Shown here: positions 33,081-43,745 of the stretch, piece by piece | How positions within the stretch are numbered: the stretch's first letter is position 1 | How the letters are laid out: every line of letters begins with the position of its first letter | Source of the DNA: an uncultured virus (IMG/VR IMGVR_UViG_2061766007_001614) | Lineage: Duplodnaviria > Heunggongvirae > Uroviricota > Caudoviricetes | Virus record (IMG/VR): IMGVR_UViG_2061766007_001614 | Length of the DNA stretch: 64,000 bases | Strand: one strand, 5' to 3' | Notes under the pieces: model-generated | Seen by the model: the letters and a program-made list of their open reading frames with translations, nothing else | Database searches by the model: none | What the model was told of the DNA's origin: nothing | Program-made: the position numbers and the translations under genes

Positions 33081-33725
33081 TCATGTAGCCTCCTTTCTTT
33101 TGGTCGTCAGCGCCATATCTTTTACGTAGTCATGATTGATGTACTCGCTCACTTCTGCTTCAGTCATCAGTACAGCATGCTTATCAATATACCGTATATT
33201 CCTTTCGGTATACTTGATTTCCTTTTGGACGTACTGGTTGTCACGCCATGGAGTTGAGTCTTCCTCGTTGCCGTAGTCCTCATCCCACTGCATGTAATCT
33301 TCTGCATTACCTATCAGTTTGGAATTCCAGTCAAGGAATGCATACTTAAGAGTGACCGGACGGCCTTTGCGGTTCCAGTCAACGATCATATCAACAAGTA
33401 ACTGACCATCATTGTTATCCTGTCCAAGGAACATTTCGCATGACTCATTGTAGTAGCCTTCCTCATATTCCTTAATGATGTCCTGACTGAGTACAACGTC
33501 ATGATAATCAAAGTTGATATCTATGACTCGTTCTACCTTTGTGACTAATTCACTTCCCTTGTAGAACATCGTAGGAAATATCTTGTTGCTTTCCAGCCAC
33601 TGAATCAATCCTCTTGCTCTGGACACCATCCTGGTTCCGTAGTTCCATTGGAAGTACCTTGCTACCAACGCATACTTCCCATCCATCTGATTAACTCTGA
33701 AATAGATTTGGCTTCTCTGTCCCAT
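33081..33725 (-). CDS. conserved phage hypothetical protein
   Basis: MGQRSQIY...YFQWNYG.RMVSRA...DNNDGQL. Confidence 0.65.
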   Translation of the reverse strand: MGQRSQIYFRVNQMDGKYALVARYFQWNYGTRMVSRARGLIQWLESNKIFPTMFYKGSELVTKVERVIDINFDYHDVVLSQDIIKEYEEGYYNESCEMFLGQDNNDGQLLVDMIVDWNRKGRPVTLKYAFLDWNSKLIGNAEDYMQWDEDYGNEEDSTPWRDNQYVQKEIKYTERNIRYIDKHAVLMTEAEVSEYINHDYVKDMALTTKRKEAT

Positions 33726-36700
33726 ATCAATCTCCTTTCACTCTGCAAACTCATACTCTTCATCTTGCCATGCCTTCAGGTTGTCAAACAGTTCTCTTAC
33801 AGCCTTGGACGCATGTGTCTTTCCATCCGTCAGTCTTCCGTTTGAATACAGGATCTTTTTGCCCTCAGTAATCAGGTATACCCATTTCTGAACATCGCCG
33901 TCATTGCTTCTGTATTCATCAGCCCATTCGAATGACTGGCTATACTTTTCCAGACTGCCGTCTTCGTTGACCTTAGGGAACCGAACTCTCTTTTTCCCTA
34001 GCGTGTCGTTCTGTATGAAGTACAAGAACTGACCCAGGTTTTCAAACTGCCTTCCAAACGCCGGCATGTGGTTGTCGTTGAAGTACCTTACTCCCTTAAC
34101 AGTTATCATTTACGCTCCTTTCTCGGCTACGGTAAATCTTCTCTCTTTGCTATCTTTTGCAAAGATGTTGTACAGATCCGGGTATTCTACCTTGAATGTC
34201 TTGGTGTCAAACTTTGCCTTGTTGACAAATATCCACTTGATGAGGTACTTCTCTGTGTTGAGCTCCTCACTNNNNNNNNNNNNNNNCTTTTTGATTTTTT
34301 CCATCTGAGCTTTCAGCTCTGCCATCTCAGCCTGCAGTGCCATAAACTTCTTTGCCTTCATGTTGATTGCTCTCTCTGTCATAATTACATCTCCTTTACT
34401 CTGATATCAAAATCATCAAGTGTCTCGCCACTCCAGCAGCCATCATCTTTCCATTCCTGGATCCTATCCTCTGCTTCCTCCGTAGCAGCTTCCAGAGCTT
34501 CCTCTTCACTTTCATACTCATCATCATCAATGCCAGTTCTATCCATGATGCAGTTCCCTTCGTGCCAAATCTCGTACTTATACATTGAATACCTCCTTTC
34601 CTGTCAGTCCCATGAAGTACCGGTCTTTGTTTCCGTTCCAGTAATGCTCGTCAAGTTCCTCAAGTGTTATTGTTCCAAGCTCAAGGGCATTGAATGTTTC
34701 CCTAACCATGTCATCGCTTGTAAACCCTCTTGCAATGTCTAAGCGGAATGGTTCGTCTTCTCTTATCCAGTAGCGACCTCTCTTTGCTTTCGGATACGCT
34801 CCGATGGATAATGTGTCGAAGATATGTGGGTAATCCTCTTTCCAGTTCTCAAGCTGGATTTCCGTTCCGTCCGGCATCTTAGTTCTTTCAAGTACTGTCA
34901 TGCATATACCTCTCTTTCGTAATAGTCATGAAGCATCTTTCTGTACTTCTCAGGCATCTTTCTGTACATTCTTACCTTGTGTCCGCTGCTCCACGCATTG
35001 ATATAGACTTCCTTTACCACGGTTGTTTTAAGTCCTTGCCCAAACATGATGGTCAGCCCGTAACCAAGACATCCAGGAATAATTTCTACAACTTCACCTC
35101 CCTTTCTTCTGTATTCATCGCTTAATTTTTCTACTGCTCCGCAAGTGTAAAGCATTCGCTCACCTCCCTTTACCATTCTTCGATACGTTTATACCCTCTG
35201 CAAGTAATACATTCTTCCTCTNNNNNNNNNNNNTTTTCTCACAACCATCTACAAACCACTGCTTACTTCCGCCGTAATACTCATAACAGTCATGTCTTGC
35301 ATATCTGCATTCTTCACAAAGTTTTGTCGTTTCCATTTGTTTACCCCCAATCTCCAAGGCATCTGTCTTCCATGGCATCAAGCTCTTCCCAGCTGCACTG
35401 CACAACTGACTTGTTTGGCTTGCAGTGGTACACCGGCTCACAGTTCCAACACACTGTTCTGTATGGATTTCCGGGATATCCGAACTGTAATAAGTCGAAT
35501 TCCTTTCCGCACTTGGGACAAATCCGCTTTGACTTGCCCTCCAGATCTACATGTTCGTAACTCATCTCTGCCTCCTTTACCTTGACAACATGTCGTACAT
35601 CTCCCAGCTTTCATCACGGTCATGGAGACACACAGGATAACTTACTCCCGTTGCTTCATGAAACCTTGCATCGCTTGTGCTTATAACCGCTCCGCCAAAC
35701 ATCCAGCCTGCTCCCTTGGGCTCTGCGTATGGCTCAATGTGGACGTAAGTCTTATAACCAAACTGCCTTGTGACAACCTTGCAGAGGTTCTCAGGCGGAT
35801 TGTTCTCGTCAATCTCCGTTGGACCATCCTCACAGATAAGCAGAATGTTGTCGTACCTTTCGCTTATCCCATGATTACTGCAGTTCCCTAGGTCTTTTGG
35901 CTCGCAAATGCTGCATCTTAGTGCTCTCATTACTCGTCCTCCTCTACTTCATAATCAATAACAGTTCCATCAAATTTCTCTTCTAGATAAAAAACGATGT
36001 CATCCGTATCTATTTCCCAACAATCGCTTGGGATTTCAACCTCGCTTGGAAGACCTTCCTCTTCCCACTCAATGTTGATTGCCTTACGGTTACGAGTTAA
36101 ACCAAAGAACTCAATCTGTTCAGTATCCATATCAATTTCCTCAGAGAAGAATCGATAGGCACTGTCTCTGTCTTCTTCCAGCAACTTATGTAATGCCATT
36201 GTTGCTATTTCTTCCAAGCGTCCTCTGTTAATTTCCATCACTTATCCTCCAAATCTGCAATCTCGCTCCTAAGCTGGTCAAGCCATCCCTCAATCGCATC
36301 TGCCTCATACTCGGCGTCTGCCTTGGTGTATATACTCCTAGAGGCATGCTCAGCGATCTCACTTAATGTACTTCTGATGTCTTCAAATGTGCTCATAACA
36401 ATTCCTCCTTATCGTATGCTAATGTAAACGTTTGCCTTATTTGCGTTTAATGCATCCTGGTAGTAGTCATCCAAGTCCGCCTTCAAAATATCTGTTGCTA
36501 CTTTGTAGATGCATTTAAAATCCTTATCGTAAGCGGAGAACTCAATTCTTTTCGGGGCATCCCATCTGCTAAAGAACTCCTCTGCCTTGATGGGCTTTCC
36601 GCCATAGAATGCCTTTCCGTTCCGGATACGGGATCCGCCAGGGAATACCGTTCCACCGTAGTCATAACTGTCAAGCGTAGGCTCCACGTATTCCGTTGCC

Positions 36701-36949
36701 CATCCATGCTCAACTTCAAATCTTGCGTGCTCTCTCATGAGCTGTAGTTGCCTTTCGACATATTCCGTCTGAGCTACCTTTAGGGATTCCTTTGTGTAGA
36801 ACAATGTATCCTTTGGATGTATCAGGCACTTATCCCAACATCTTTTTCCTCTCCAATCCCTAANNNNNNNNNNNNGAACAGCATCAGCTTTCCGTTAGGA
36901 AACTCAACCAATCTCTTGTTCCTCAATGAATCATGACTCATCCAATCAC

Positions 36950-37150
36950 CTCGCTTTGCACAATATATATATTTTTTATTCTTATATTCTTTATTCTTCT
37001 ATTGTTGTCGTTCTGCATGTCGTTCGTTTGACGTTTTGTTTGTCGTTTGTTTGTCGGCACATGCCCTCAAACCCAGAACTGGTCTGGCTTGCAGCTTGTC
37101 GTTTGTTTGCCGTTTTGTTTGTCATCCGAGTGACGTTTTGTTTGTCGGTA
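36950..37150. repeat. intergenic array of (C)GTTT(T)GTTTGTC repeats plus AT-rich tract
   Basis: About 5-6 imperfect copies between 37020 and 37148, next to TATATATTTTTTATTCTTATATTCTTTATTC. Confidence 0.7.
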
Positions 37151-37153
37151 TTT

Positions 37154-37627
37154 TTACCTTTGCATCAGGTCATATAGCCTTGCCTTTAGCTGTATAATCT
37201 CATCATCCTTTGCCTTAAGTGCCTTAAGAGTGCCGTCCATATCTCTCTTGCACTCATACAGCTGACTGTTAAGTGTTTCAGCGTTTGCTTTCTGCACGCC
37301 AGCAGCTTTCTTGGCATCATCAATCTTTTCCTTTGCGGCCTCAGCTTCTCTCTTGTAGTACTCAAGGTCTGCCTGCATCTCAGCTATCTTGTTGGAGTGG
37401 TTCAGGTACCACTTGATAGCTGCCGTGGTTCCATATGCCACACCGTATATCCGGTACCATGTCTCATTCAGTGCCGGGTCATTGCACAGCTCCGTGTTTT
37501 CCTCTTCCGTTGCGTGGCCTATCAGATCCTGGTAAGTAATCACTGCTTCATTATTAAGGGGAAGCAGATGTCCGCTCTCACTTGCTACACGGTTTACAAG
37601 TTCCCTTATTGTCTTTTCTTTTATCAT
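37154..37627 (-). CDS. coiled-coil hypothetical protein
   Basis: C-terminal heptads ending IIQLKARLYDLM. Confidence 0.65.
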   Translation of the reverse strand: MIKEKTIRELVNRVASESGHLLPLNNEAVITYQDLIGHATEEENTELCNDPALNETWYRIYGVAYGTTAAIKWYLNHSNKIAEMQADLEYYKREAEAAKEKIDDAKKAAGVQKANAETLNSQLYECKRDMDGTLKALKAKDDEIIQLKARLYDLMQR

Positions 37628-38191
37628 GCTATTCTCTCCCTTCTCTTCCTGATTCTGCATACACCGAAGTAATGCTGTGCGTGCAGTCTGTACTCTTTGT
37701 AGTCTGCCTTCGCTTCCTCGTAAGTGTCATATGAACTCTCTTCTTCCCAGCCGTAGCCGTAATTCAGTTCAATGCACCATACGTCTTTTGTTTTTCTTTT
37801 GTACATATCATCCTCTCCTTCTTGGATCGTAGATATCCATTTCCTCTACGGTGTCAAACACCACAAGCTCGAACATTTTCCCGTTACGGATTGCCAGGTC
37901 CCTGTTTTCTGTTGGCTCAATGCCTCTTGCCGGTTCACCGTACACATTGAAGTAAACGTACATCCTCTACCTCCTTGAATGCCTCAAAGGGACTGCTAAA
38001 CGTCTTCCCTTGGAATGTCCATAACCCGCTATTCATGCGGGTTATGTGAGTTTTGCCTTGGTCATCGACCATGACTGCTACATTGTTCTTTACAACTAAT
38101 CCTTTCATTTTCGTTACCCCCTAGACAGCTAGCACGCTTTGACACGTGCCAACCGTTAATTTATGCCACTTATCAGAATTCGAAAGCCACG

Positions 38192-38968
38192 TCANNNNNN
38201 NNNNNNNNNNNNNNNNNNNNNNNNTACCATCTGCGTCATCCCCTCAAGATCGAATCCGTTAAATCCCTTGGGCATTACAAGAACCTCATGCACTGATGAA
38301 GGAAGTACAAAGAAGCCTTCCTTGTACTTCTTCTTAAGGCTGGGGAGCAGTCCAAGGATTGCAGATGCTCCAAAGCATTTTGCCTTGTTAGTTACGATCA
38401 TCGGGCCGTCCGGAATATCTTCAAATTCATCATCTCCGGTTAATTCCGCCATAAAACCTAACAGGCTCTGCGTTGAGATATCCTTTGCAGTGTTATTGAT
38501 GGCCAGGTCTATGACTTCCTTTTCCGTTACGCCCCATCTCTCGACGTGTTCCTTGGTAACCTTGATAGACCCATTTGTGCCTGCTACCTCAACATTTACA
38601 TAGGGAACCATGATAAGGTCTGCAAATCCTCTTCCCTTAGCACTGCGCTTTACCTCTGCCTTGGTGGACTTGTTATAAAGTCTGATGCTCAGTCTTTCTT
38701 TTACAAATCCCTTGTAATCCAGGAACTTCTCCGGATCAAATCCGCCTTCTACCTTGTTAGTTTCCGCCAGTCGTCTTACTTCCTTTGCGGCATCCTCTAC
38801 GCTCAGGCCTCTCTCAAACATCTGGTCAACATATACCGTGGGCTTTATCACACCCTGATCCACTACGATTCCGGTAAACTTCACACCGTTTGCCTTCTCA
38901 ACTTCCTTTACCTCTGCGTTTCCGATCATCTGTGCTACTTCTGTTGCATACTCAAATACTGTTGCCAT
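38192..38968 (-). CDS. DUF5688-like protein
   Basis: KANGV..TGI...P.VY; VTN....GAS.IL; FFVLPSSVHEVLVMP. Confidence 0.7.
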   Translation of the reverse strand: MATVFEYATEVAQMIGNAEVKEVEKANGVKFTGIVVDQGVIKPTVYVDQMFERGLSVEDAAKEVRRLAETNKVEGGFDPEKFLDYKGFVKERLSIRLYNKSTKAEVKRSAKGRGFADLIMVPYVNVEVAGTNGSIKVTKEHVERWGVTEKEVIDLAINNTAKDISTQSLLGFMAELTGDDEFEDIPDGPMIVTNKAKCFGASAILGLLPSLKKKYKEGFFVLPSSVHEVLVMPKGFNGFDLEGMTQMVXXXXXXXXXX

Positions 38969-39650
38969 AATTCAATTCTCCTTTTCTTTGGTAGGTGTTT
39001 ATGTTCCTTTATTCAGTTGTCTTTTGTGAATTGCCCCGTGGTTAATTTATACCACTTATAGAGTTGACTGTCAATCAACTCTAGGCGGCATATCCATTTC
39101 CATTTCGGTGATGTACAACTCGTAGTCGTACTGGTAACCGTCACGGAGAGATTCTCTGAGATCCCTTACGGTTCCGTTACAGATATGCACATCCGTCTCG
39201 ATTTCCGTTACGGTAGATCCTTCGAATGAGTGCGGTGTAAAATTAAAGGCTGCCTGCTTTGCCTTGTCATAGGAGCTGTAAACTCCCAGTACCACATCCC
39301 CTGACACGTTGTCATCAAACTCTTCACAGTTGTCATAGTACTCAGATAACACATATACCTTCATTTCCGTTATCTCCTTTCCGGGCTCATAATCATGTCG
39401 CCCTCAATCCAGTAGCCTGACCAGATAACATCAACTATCTCGTCATCCACTATCGTTTCAGTTCCGTTGTCGTACATGGTGCAGATAACAATGTCGCCCT
39501 CTTCCAGATCCTCGGGCTCATAGAACTCCCACTCATGTCCCGTGGCGTCAACACAGATTGCCTTGTCCGCCATGAGATCAACTCGGGTGATTTCCATTGC
39601 CCGTGGATACGTGTTCTGCAGTGTGAATGCAGTCGTCAAAGCTAATAACA

Positions 39651-39911
39651 TTACTCTTCCTCCATTTCGTTAAGCAAATCCCTGAGAGCTATCAGCTCCT
39701 CACCGGTAAGCCCGATTCCCTTGGTTGCAGATGATACTCCGTCCTTCTCTTTCCAGATGCGGATTTCGTACTTAGGCTCGTTTCCGTTCCATGATGCATA
39801 GTCCAGGCGGACAACGGTTCCCTTGCCTCTGTCTGCAATAACTCCGCACTCCTCAATGACTTCCATGCTGATTTCCTTTTCCTTTGCTGCTGTTCTGATA
39901 ATCTTACTCAT
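39651..39911 (-). CDS. PC4/YdbC-like ssDNA-binding protein
   Basis: L..ASWNGNEPKYEIRIW......KGIGLT.EEL..LRDLL; GAGGAAGG SD. Confidence 0.8.
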   Translation of the reverse strand: MSKIIRTAAKEKEISMEVIEECGVIADRGKGTVVRLDYASWNGNEPKYEIRIWKEKDGVSSATKGIGLTGEELIALRDLLNEMEEE

Positions 39912-40225
39912 ATTTACCTTCCTCTCTTCCTTTACAGTTGCGGTCATCTTTATACCAGTTTCCTTTATGGTGGCAGATACCATGAGGTACATCATCCTGT
40001 CCCCATGAATCCCATGATGTCGGTCCCACGTCTTCGTAGAACTTACATCCGAAGCAGTCGTCACAGAAGTACAAGGCACGCTCACCAGCCGCCTCCAGCT
40101 TTGCTTTGTTTGCCTTGCAATACTCCCAGCGTTTAGCTTGCTGCTCGGCCTCATACTCCTCGTCTTCCCATCTGCTACGGTTATACTCAGCTACACTTCC
40201 GTAGCAACGCTCGATTCTAGCCAGG

Positions 40226-40549
40226 TCATCCATTCAGCACCTCTTTCCAGAACTCTTCCCTTTGCCGGTCGTTCATATGCTCATACGACCAGTTGAGCAC
40301 CGCATTCTTGATTTCCCTTATGGACTTAACGCCCATATTGCGCATCTTATAAAGATCCGCGCTGCTGATTTCCAGTAGATCATCCACCGTCTTTATCTGA
40401 GCTCTCTTGAGCCCGTTTGATGCACGGGCCCCCAGGTTCAGCTCATCGATTGAAACTCCCTTTGTGTTGTACACCGGGAATCCACTCAGGCCACTCTTTA
40501 GCTTGAAGCCTTTCGTTTCCATTACTGCCAAGTCACTGCTAAAACTCAT
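40226..40549 (-). CDS. stand-alone RNA polymerase alpha-CTD-like protein
   Basis: SIDELNLGARASNGLKRAQIKTVDDL...L.KMRNMGVKSIREIK parallels RpoA CTD [22 protein letters not shown].EL...KVRNLGRKSLEEV. Confidence 0.85.
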   Translation of the reverse strand: MSFSSDLAVMETKGFKLKSGLSGFPVYNTKGVSIDELNLGARASNGLKRAQIKTVDDLLEISSADLYKMRNMGVKSIREIKNAVLNWSYEHMNDRQREEFWKEVLNG

Positions 40550-40984
40550 TTCGCTTTTACCTCCCATTCATAGTTGTTTAGCTTGCACTGTCCTACCTTG
40601 TTGGCATCCGCATCGAATACCACAAGTCGTTTGCCTATTACCAATACTTCAACACCGGATTTCTCTTTGAACATAGTCCTTACCTTCCTTTCTCTCAGTC
40701 TCCATAGTAATCGTTGATCGCATCCTGAATGTCGCTTGTCCAAACCTCAATCATCCTGACTCTCCTTTCCGTCTGCCTTTGGCAGCTCCCTTTCAATAAG
40801 CACCTTTACCTTATCCAGTGCCTGTAAGTCATCAATATGCATTGTCTTTTCTGCACACTCTGCGTAAAACTCCGCAAAGAGCGCATTCAAGAGAATTCCG
40901 TTCTGCATGAGCGTCACCATCCTTTCCCTAACACCGTGCGTGTTTTTAATGTGGTTATCGCATCCACAAAAAAGCACCGTCTGC

Positions 40985-42058
40985 CTTTGAGGCCAGGAGC
41001 CATAATGCTCCGGACGATGCTCTGCGTTTTAATTTCGTAGCAGATCGCAAACTGCCTAGTGGATTGCTTCCCTTTGCGGGTACGCCTTACGCGAGCAATC
41101 CAAGTGTGGAGAACACCCCTCTCCACGGGAGGCTTGACACATCTTATCCACCTTTCTCACAAGATTTCGCTTGTCAAGGAGCTACTCCCCTGTAGGCTCA
41201 CTTTGCTTAGGTAGAGCTTCTCGTTCACCTATCATACCATTCCTAGGCAGTATGATTTACCTTTGGGATTTCCCTTTTCCCACGACATCGGAGTTTGCTT
41301 TATCTACCCACGGTTTCCCGCCTAGAAAGGAAGTATCCTTCTCCCTCAAAAGCACCATTTGCCTTGAAGCCAGACGCTTTCCGTCATGGTGCTGATGAGC
41401 CCCGTTTCGCTTTAGGTGTCTGACGTTCTAGGGTGCGCGCTTACCCTAGGATACGCCACTGCCACTCAATGAAGGCTTTGGTTTGCCTTCTGGGGCTGTT
41501 TACCTTGAGGTTACCGGCCTCAAGGGGTGTTTGCGCTTTTCCCTTAGCGACCACCTGGACGGGTTACGCCCATTTCCCTCGGTGGATAGAGAGAGTGCAC
41601 GCATAGACCATGCACGATCCCATAAGCCATCATCTCCTTTCTCAGAAGGGTTCTGCCTTATGGTGCAGTTCCCTTCCTGTCCACTGTTTAGGCCGTGGTC
41701 TCTCGCCTGTCTCCACTTCCCAGGGCTGGTGACATTACCCCTTTATCGTTGGTGTATTCTGCGCCCCACCAACCAGGGCTCCTGAGTTCGTCTCATCCTG
41801 ATTACCTCGTCAAAACCATGTCTCGCACCTACACACTAGCCTCTGCTAGCCCTCAACCTCATGAGTCAGCCCCCGTCATTCGTCAATGACAGGCTATAAC
41901 TCGCCTCATTATTGCACCTCGGTGCAGTTACCCATACCGGCTATTATGTCACTGACATGCCACCGGTAAGCATGTCAGCTAAGACGCCTAGTTTTTAGGC
42001 TCAGCTAAACGCCGCGTCAAGCGTCGCCGTCCGCCTCTTCAGGGATGGGTTTATATAG
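40985..42058 (-). ncRNA. candidate large ornate non-coding RNA (about 1.07 kb, 5' boundary at a gap)
   Basis: GC-richer than flanks, no credible ORF, more than 15 inverted repeats, GNRA-type loops on the minus strand, loop-to-distal complementarities. Confidence 0.7.
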
Positions 42059-42300
42059 CNNNNNNNNNNNNNNNNNNNNNNCTAATGCACACGGACTTGT
42101 GACCGTTCACCCGTCAGGGTGAGTGCATTAAGGCAGGATCCACCCGCCCCACTCTGCAGTTATTCCTCAAGTATTGACCCTAGAGCCTTAGAAAATGCTT
42201 CATCGTCCCACTCAATATTCCCAGCATCAACCGGGATTTCATGGGCAAACATCTCGTCAATGTACTCAAAGAGGTCGTTCAGGTTCATCTCATCCATAAG

Positions 42301-42492
42301 TCATCCTCTCCAATCTCGTTCACCCATCGCCAGTCCCATCCGGTTATAATTCACCACCGCGGTCCTCGCGTAGTCATACTCCATCGGTGTCTCACCGGCC
42401 CGGCCCTCGAGATACACATCATCCCAGGCCGCTTTGATGTATGACCCACCAGCAAACGTTTTACCATGATACTTCGCCTTGATCGTTACCAT
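42301..42492 (-). CDS. small hypothetical protein
   Basis: 63-aa ORF with GAGAGGGA SD. Confidence 0.55.
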   Translation of the reverse strand: MVTIKAKYHGKTFAGGSYIKAAWDDVYLEGRAGETPMEYDYARTAVVNYNRMGLAMGERDWRG

Positions 42493-42652
42493 AATCCAAT
42501 CCCTCTCTTTCGTGTGTTGACAGACAGTCGCCCCTCAGAATCCATAGTCGCAATAGCCCTATGAACCCCTACCCGGTGCAACCTTATCTGACACTATTAC
42601 TATGCAATAGGGAAGCGGGTGTTTAAGGGCACACCCACCAAAGCCCCGTAAA

Positions 42653-43225
42653 TCATCCCTGAAGTGATGCATAGAGGTAAAGCGCAAGCTGTACTTCCCA
42701 CTGCTTCGCACTCCTCTTGGCAAACTTCACCGGCTCATACTTTCCAAGCCTAAGCCCTGTATATCTGCATGACTTGAATCCCTCGAGAATAGTCTCGTTA
42801 GCATCCCTGTAGGGCTTAACCTTTACTCCCAGTACATCTCCGGCCACCTTGCAGAGCCTCTTTACCGTGTTTGCATCTACCGTGTTCTTCTGAAGTCGTT
42901 CGATGCAGTTAGCGACTTCTTTCAAAAACTCCTCGGACGCCTCGAGCTTATCGGTGAAACGTCCCATTGCCAGTGTGATTAAGTCCTTATCACCCTCTGA
43001 CAGCTTGTCATAAGCATCCTTGCGTGCCAGTACGTCCTCAGCATCCTTGAGTGCCTTGTCAAGATTGGCAGTTGCCACGATTACAAAAGGCGAGTCCTCT
43101 CCAAGATCCTTTTTCAGGTTCTTCAGTTCGTCCTCTTTCGCTGCTATCTGCTCAGCCTTTTTCACGTACTGAACGTAATCCTTTACGATTGAATAATCCT
43201 TACGAGTCTCAAATAATGACATATA
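42653..43225 (-). CDS. hypothetical helical protein, first gene of the left arm
   Basis: Long ORF; GAGAGGA SD before MSLFETRK. Confidence 0.65.
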   Translation of the reverse strand, partial: YMSLFETRKDYSIVKDYVQYVKKAEQIAAKEDELKNLKKDLGEDSPFVIVATANLDKALKDAEDVLARKDAYDKLSEGDKDLITLAMGRFTDKLEASEEFLKEVANCIERLQKNTVDANTVKRLCKVAGDVLGVKVKPYRDANETILEGFKSCRYTGLRLGKYEPVKFAKRSAKQWEVQLALYLYASLQG

Positions 43226-43704
43226 GTCCTCTCTTTCCCCGTCCATCGACGGCATAAACAATGTTTTTTGGTATGCCCTATTGCACACTAATAGTGCCAG
43301 ACTATAAGCCTAGCACTACACACGGTTTATACGGGATTTATGGAATTATTCCATGCGGTTGTCTGTCAGTCGATTATTCCTAAGCACGCCCCTTTTGTGA
43401 GGTCGCCCCGTTNNNNNNNNNNNNNNNNNNNNNNNNNNNNNNNNNNNNNNNNNNNNNNNNNNNNNNNNNNNNNNNNNNNNNNNNNNNNNNNNNNNNNNNN
43501 NNNNNNNNNNNNNNNNNACCCTTTTGTTGCATAATACACGCCTAGCATGCTACCTATCTAATAGGTTATGTCCCTGTTAAGGGTCGGACAAAACTCTTAA
43601 CGATTGACAAAAGTCAATCCGTCGGCGCTTGCCCCTGCGCCCCTATTGAATTATTCAACTAACCGATAAACACTACCTCCTAACCGCCTAGGCTCTTGCC
43701 CTTG

Positions 43705-43745
43705 GCTTGATGTAATAATAGCACTCAAAAAATTTTTCCAAATTT
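43705..43745 (-). promoter_or_regulatory. putative early sigmaA promoter for the left arm
   Basis: Minus strand TTTGGAAAAATTTTTTGAG-TGCTATTAT (extended -10) ahead of a structured leader. Confidence 0.45.

Larger units (their letters stand above)
24943..40977 (-). other. cluster of about 45 small, tightly packed early/accessory genes
   Basis: Consecutive 55-260 aa minus-strand ORFs with GGAGG SDs and overlapping start/stop codons, mostly acidic and unrecognisable. Confidence 0.8.

Noticed and set aside
36950..37150. Mini CRISPR array
   Set aside because: Repeats are about 13 bp, degenerate and irregularly spaced
41171..41889. Plus-strand ORFs within the structured region
   Set aside because: Antisense to the arm, no SDs, Pro/Ser/Leu-rich non-protein-like composition
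40985..42058. Group I/II intron, tRNA cluster or CRISPR array as explanation of the structured region
   Set aside because: No group II domain V, no group I P7/S motif, no T-loop GGTTCGA cloverleaves, no repeat-spacer periodicity and no interrupted host gene recognised by eye
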